From Obrimoposthia wandeli (lineage: Eukaryota), in contig CDROCS010000506.1 of assembly GCA_977020255.1 (NCBI GenBank), positions 186,001 to 250,000 on the forward strand: a stretch of DNA of 64,000 bases. The letters run 5' to 3'. The translations under genes were made by a program, and so were the position numbers. The notes below the pieces were generated by a model. That model was given only the letters and a program-made list of their open reading frames with translations. It had not been told where the DNA came from and searched no databases. Shown here piece by piece: positions 61,127 to 64,000 of the stretch (positions are counted from its first letter, which is position 1; each line of letters starts with the position of its first letter).

Positions 61127-63004
61127 CTACATTTTATTGGCGGTATAACGATACTTTAAAAAGTTCTGCGCGTTACTCAATACCAAAAATGCATCTTTAA
61201 GATTACGACGCTCAAATTCAGACATGTTTTCTGGTTCGATATTATTATCCGGTTCAATGTTCGACTCGACATCTAACGCTTGGTGACGTAAACGTACTAA
61301 GGAAATCAATTCCATTGCATGTTGTAAGTCTTGGCCTTTCGATGCAGGTAAGATCCCCGCTTCAATAATATCTTCTAAGCGTTCAAATGAATTTTGAGAT
61401 TGTGAACCAATGGCTAATCCATGCACACGGATCAAATCTGCAAGTGGTGCTGTACCACGACGTTTTAAATTAATAGAATTGTTATGGCGACCATCGTTCT
61501 CCATCACAAAGGTTTTGAAGAAACCCAATGGCGGCGTACGGTTTAAAGCGTTACGGGCTAAGCAGGCTAAAAATCGGTTATTTTTCTTGGCACGACGAAG
61601 AATGAAAGCGTTTAATTGTTCGGCCCATTTAACACGACCATAAACACCGGTTAAATCAAAGAAGATAGAACAATTTAATAACGCTTGTGGATTCGGATTA
61701 TCAATCCAATCAGCAAAGCAATCTTCCCACTGTGCTTGCGTTTTACGATGTTCTGGATTGGTAGCCATAATATCGCCAGTACAATAGGTATAGCCGCAAG
61801 CCGCTAATCCATCACAGACAAACTTAGATAGTTTTTCAAAATACTCGCCATGCAGCGCTTCGTCATAACTGTTATCTAAAATAATACCGTTATCTTGGTC
61901 TGTTACGATCAATTGTTCATCACGCGCCATCGACCCTAAAGCTAAGAAACAGTAAGGAACCGGTGGCTGGCCTAATTCTTCTTCAGCAAGTTCAAGTAAT
62001 CGCTGCTTAAAGCTACGACCAATTTCTGACATCGCACTACCAATCATGTGTGAGTTGGCATCTTCATTCACCATACGCACAAAACAGTCTTTAAGCTGCT
62101 TTGACAGTAACACCAAGTCTTCAATATTTTGTTGCAGAAAAATACTGCCCGACAATAACAAACTATTTTGTGATTCATAACGAATAATATCAGCCACTTC
62201 AATAAGGCCAATAGGTTGCTTGTTCTTGAGAATAGGTAAATGATGAACGTTATAGCGCAACATCATCAGCATCGCTTCTGATACATAAGCATTATGGTCG
62301 AGTGACATTAATTCTGTCGACATCACATCTGAAACGGGGTTATCAACACTCATGCCCATCGCGATAACTTTGGCACACAAGTCATGTTGAGTGATAATAC
62401 CGACAAAGTTATTGCCATCTTCGTCGGTGATTGTTGGATCATTAATCAGCGCAGCTGTGACATTTTCTACCGCCATCACTTTCGCCACATCTTGAATTGA
62501 TGTGGTGTTTTTCAACATGACTAAATCTCTGCTTAATAACTTTTTCACCTTTGACGTTGTTAATGAATTAGCATCATCATTATTATCTTCAACGGCTTGT
62601 TTTAAACGAATCGTACCTTCCACTTCGGAAAAATCTGAAAACGCTTCATAGCGCTCACAAAAATCATAAAAGATTGATTCTGGAATACAATAAAGCAGCG
62701 TATCTTTAACGGCTTTAGCAGGTAGTCGCACTTTATTATTGGCGATCAAGCCCATCTGACCGAATATTTCACCTTGGTCTAGACGATTGTATAGCTCACC
62801 TTTACGACGGTATATTTCCACCACACCACTGCGAATAAAATACAGTTCATGGATCTTATGACCATATTCAATAATCATCGAATCCGCACGGAAGTAAGAG
62901 ATTTCAATGCTCTTAACCACTTCGTTCAATGCTTCTTCTGGCAATTGATCAAAAGGTTGATACTGACTTATAAAATTTTTAATTTCTAGTAATTCGATTT
63001 CCAT
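61127..63004 (-). CDS. cNMP-binding / CBS / DUF294 nucleotidyltransferase-like protein
   Basis: cNMP domain, tandem CBS, LGSMARDEQ..TDQDNG, SIFFD, NLKRRG. Confidence 0.92.
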   Translation of the reverse strand: MEIELLEIKNFISQYQPFDQLPEEALNEVVKSIEISYFRADSMIIEYGHKIHELYFIRSGVVEIYRRKGELYNRLDQGEIFGQMGLIANNKVRLPAKAVKDTLLYCIPESIFYDFCERYEAFSDFSEVEGTIRLKQAVEDNNDDANSLTTSKVKKLLSRDLVMLKNTTSIQDVAKVMAVENVTAALINDPTITDEDGNNFVGIITQHDLCAKVIAMGMSVDNPVSDVMSTELMSLDHNAYVSEAMLMMLRYNVHHLPILKNKQPIGLIEVADIIRYESQNSLLLSGSIFLQQNIEDLVLLSKQLKDCFVRMVNEDANSHMIGSAMSEIGRSFKQRLLELAEEELGQPPVPYCFLALGSMARDEQLIVTDQDNGIILDNSYDEALHGEYFEKLSKFVCDGLAACGYTYCTGDIMATNPEHRKTQAQWEDCFADWIDNPNPQALLNCSIFFDLTGVYGRVKWAEQLNAFILRRAKKNNRFLACLARNALNRTPPLGFFKTFVMENDGRHNNSINLKRRGTAPLADLIRVHGLAIGSQSQNSFERLEDIIEAGILPASKGQDLQHAMELISLVRLRHQALDVESNIEPDNNIEPENMSEFERRNLKDAFLVLSNAQNFLKYRYTANKM

Positions 63005-63023
63005 TCTTTACTCTATATGTAAT

Positions 63024-63512
63024 TTATTGATATGCCGATGCGCGTTCAATTAAAGACTCAGCTTGTCGGCGTAACAGCCAATCTGCACCCAATGTTATCG
63101 ACTTTTCAGCCAATGAACGGGCTTGCTTATAATTACCTTGATAAAAATAGCGTTCGCCTAAACGATAATAGGTTTCAGGATAACGCGGTGCGATGCGGAT
63201 CGCGCGCTCTAATGACGCGATAGCGCCGCGGTTATCACCACTTTCCACTTGTTTATCAGCACGCTTCATCAGCGATAGTACCGCTGCGGGCGCTTGCGCC
63301 GTATCGTCAACAGGTGCTTGTTTTGGCGTCACCGTTGGCGCAGGCTTGCTTTGTTTATCGGTATCCGCGTTATCTATGCTTGTGCTCGTCGTGCTTTGTA
63401 CTTCAGTCCCATTAGAGTTATATGTTGGGATGGTGCCACAAGCCGTCAGCAACCAGGGTAAGGTCAACAGACACAGGCGTTTAATTATTTTCATTTTACG
63501 TCCATTTTTCAT
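63024..63512 (-). CDS. TPR lipoprotein, LpoP-like PBP1B activator candidate
   Basis: Lipobox LTA-C, Thr/Pro-rich linker, two TPRs (LERAIRIAP..P..YYRL); directly downstream of the PBP gene. Confidence 0.7.
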   Translation of the reverse strand: MKNGRKMKIIKRLCLLTLPWLLTACGTIPTYNSNGTEVQSTTSTSIDNADTDKQSKPAPTVTPKQAPVDDTAQAPAAVLSLMKRADKQVESGDNRGAIASLERAIRIAPRYPETYYRLGERYFYQGNYKQARSLAEKSITLGADWLLRRQAESLIERASAYQ

Positions 63513-63624
63513 TGTACATGATCACTATTTACTAAATATTCGATGAATAATGTTTGCTTAATGCACAAATATTATTCATCTATAATTCTACGGTTGATCT
63601 GCCCTTATTCTGCACTAGGTCAAA

Positions 63625-64000
63625 TTACTCGACCAAGCCTCGGAACCATTCAATGACCCGCTTAACACCTTGGTTACAACGTAATTCAATTTCAGGTTCA
63701 TAACCGCTTATAAAGGGTAACGGAATAGAGTTAAGACAACTGCCTTGACTACCTTGTCCCGTATCTTTATCTACCCAGCCGACCGTAATATTTTGTGGCG
63801 GAAGATTCTGAATCGGCAATGTCGAACGTTGACGGAAAATATCAGCCCACACACGTAATGCACCACTTGAACCGGTCAGACCGATAGAAGCATTATCATC
63901 ACGTCCCATCCAGACAACCGCCATCATGTCACCAGAAAATCCAGCAAACCAACTGTCTCTTAAATTATTCGTGGTCCCCGTTTTACCTGCTACTTCAAAG
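63625..64000 (-). CDS. mrcB: 3' end of class A penicillin-binding protein (PBP1B-like), runs off window
   Basis: Frame open to window end: AGKTGTTNNLRDSWFAGF, VWMGRDDN, GSSGAL. Confidence 0.78.
   Translation of the reverse strand, partial: FEVAGKTGTTNNLRDSWFAGFSGDMMAVVWMGRDDNASIGLTGSSGALRVWADIFRQRSTLPIQNLPPQNITVGWVDKDTGQGSQGSCLNSIPLPFISGYEPEIELRCNQGVKRVIEWFRGLVE

Noticed and set aside
1357-63546. Many 60-160 aa track ORFs antisense to or nested in longer genes (e.g. 1805-2095, 3250-3606, 8438-8734, 13524-13916, 14630-14989, 24655-24969, 43957-44567, 53317-53763, 63193-63546)
   Set aside because: Shadow ORFs of well-supported genes; no RBS or family motifs
1-64000. CRISPR arrays, rRNA, tRNA, integrase or transposase genes
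   Set aside because: No regularly spaced direct repeats, no RNA-gene signatures and no recombinase motifs found by eye

Overview
AT-rich (~40% GC by eye) chromosomal window of a marine gammaproteobacterium. Gene content and order suggest a Moritella/Psychromonas/Vibrionaceae-like organism (inference). (1) 0.2-10.7 kb: a Fur-boxed seven-gene cluster, the best candidate for an undescribed system. It encodes a large acidic secreted protein, a small cytochrome b-like membrane protein, an FTR1 iron permease, a UDP-galactopyranose-mutase-like flavoprotein, a secreted helical protein, a GT-C-like membrane protein, and a beta-propeller plus six-CxxCH cytochrome c. (2) 11-27 kb: mostly core genes (EAL protein, tdk, lysine riboswitch + NhaC-family transporter, H-NS, HIT, DTW, rhombosortase, serC-hisC-aroA-cmk-rpsA-ihfB-lapA-lapB-pyrF). 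(3) 27-40 kb: accessory genes, including a co-oriented array of ~17 small GNAT/VOC/GFA/HAD/LysE-type ORFs without recognisable attC sites. (4) 40.6-51.3 kb: an SSS transporter with a structured leader, and a 2-methylcitrate operon (GntR-prpB-prpC-acnD-prpF) broken by patches of dense small indels (decay or assembly error). (5) 52-64 kb: BCCT transporter, TPP riboswitch + thiD-thiZXY-tenA, AraC/GNAT, CBS-DUF294 + DEDDh exonuclease, an LpoP-like TPR lipoprotein and the 3' end of a class A PBP. No rRNA, tRNA, CRISPR, integrase or transposase was recognised. All family calls come from motif recognition by eye; no database searches were run.
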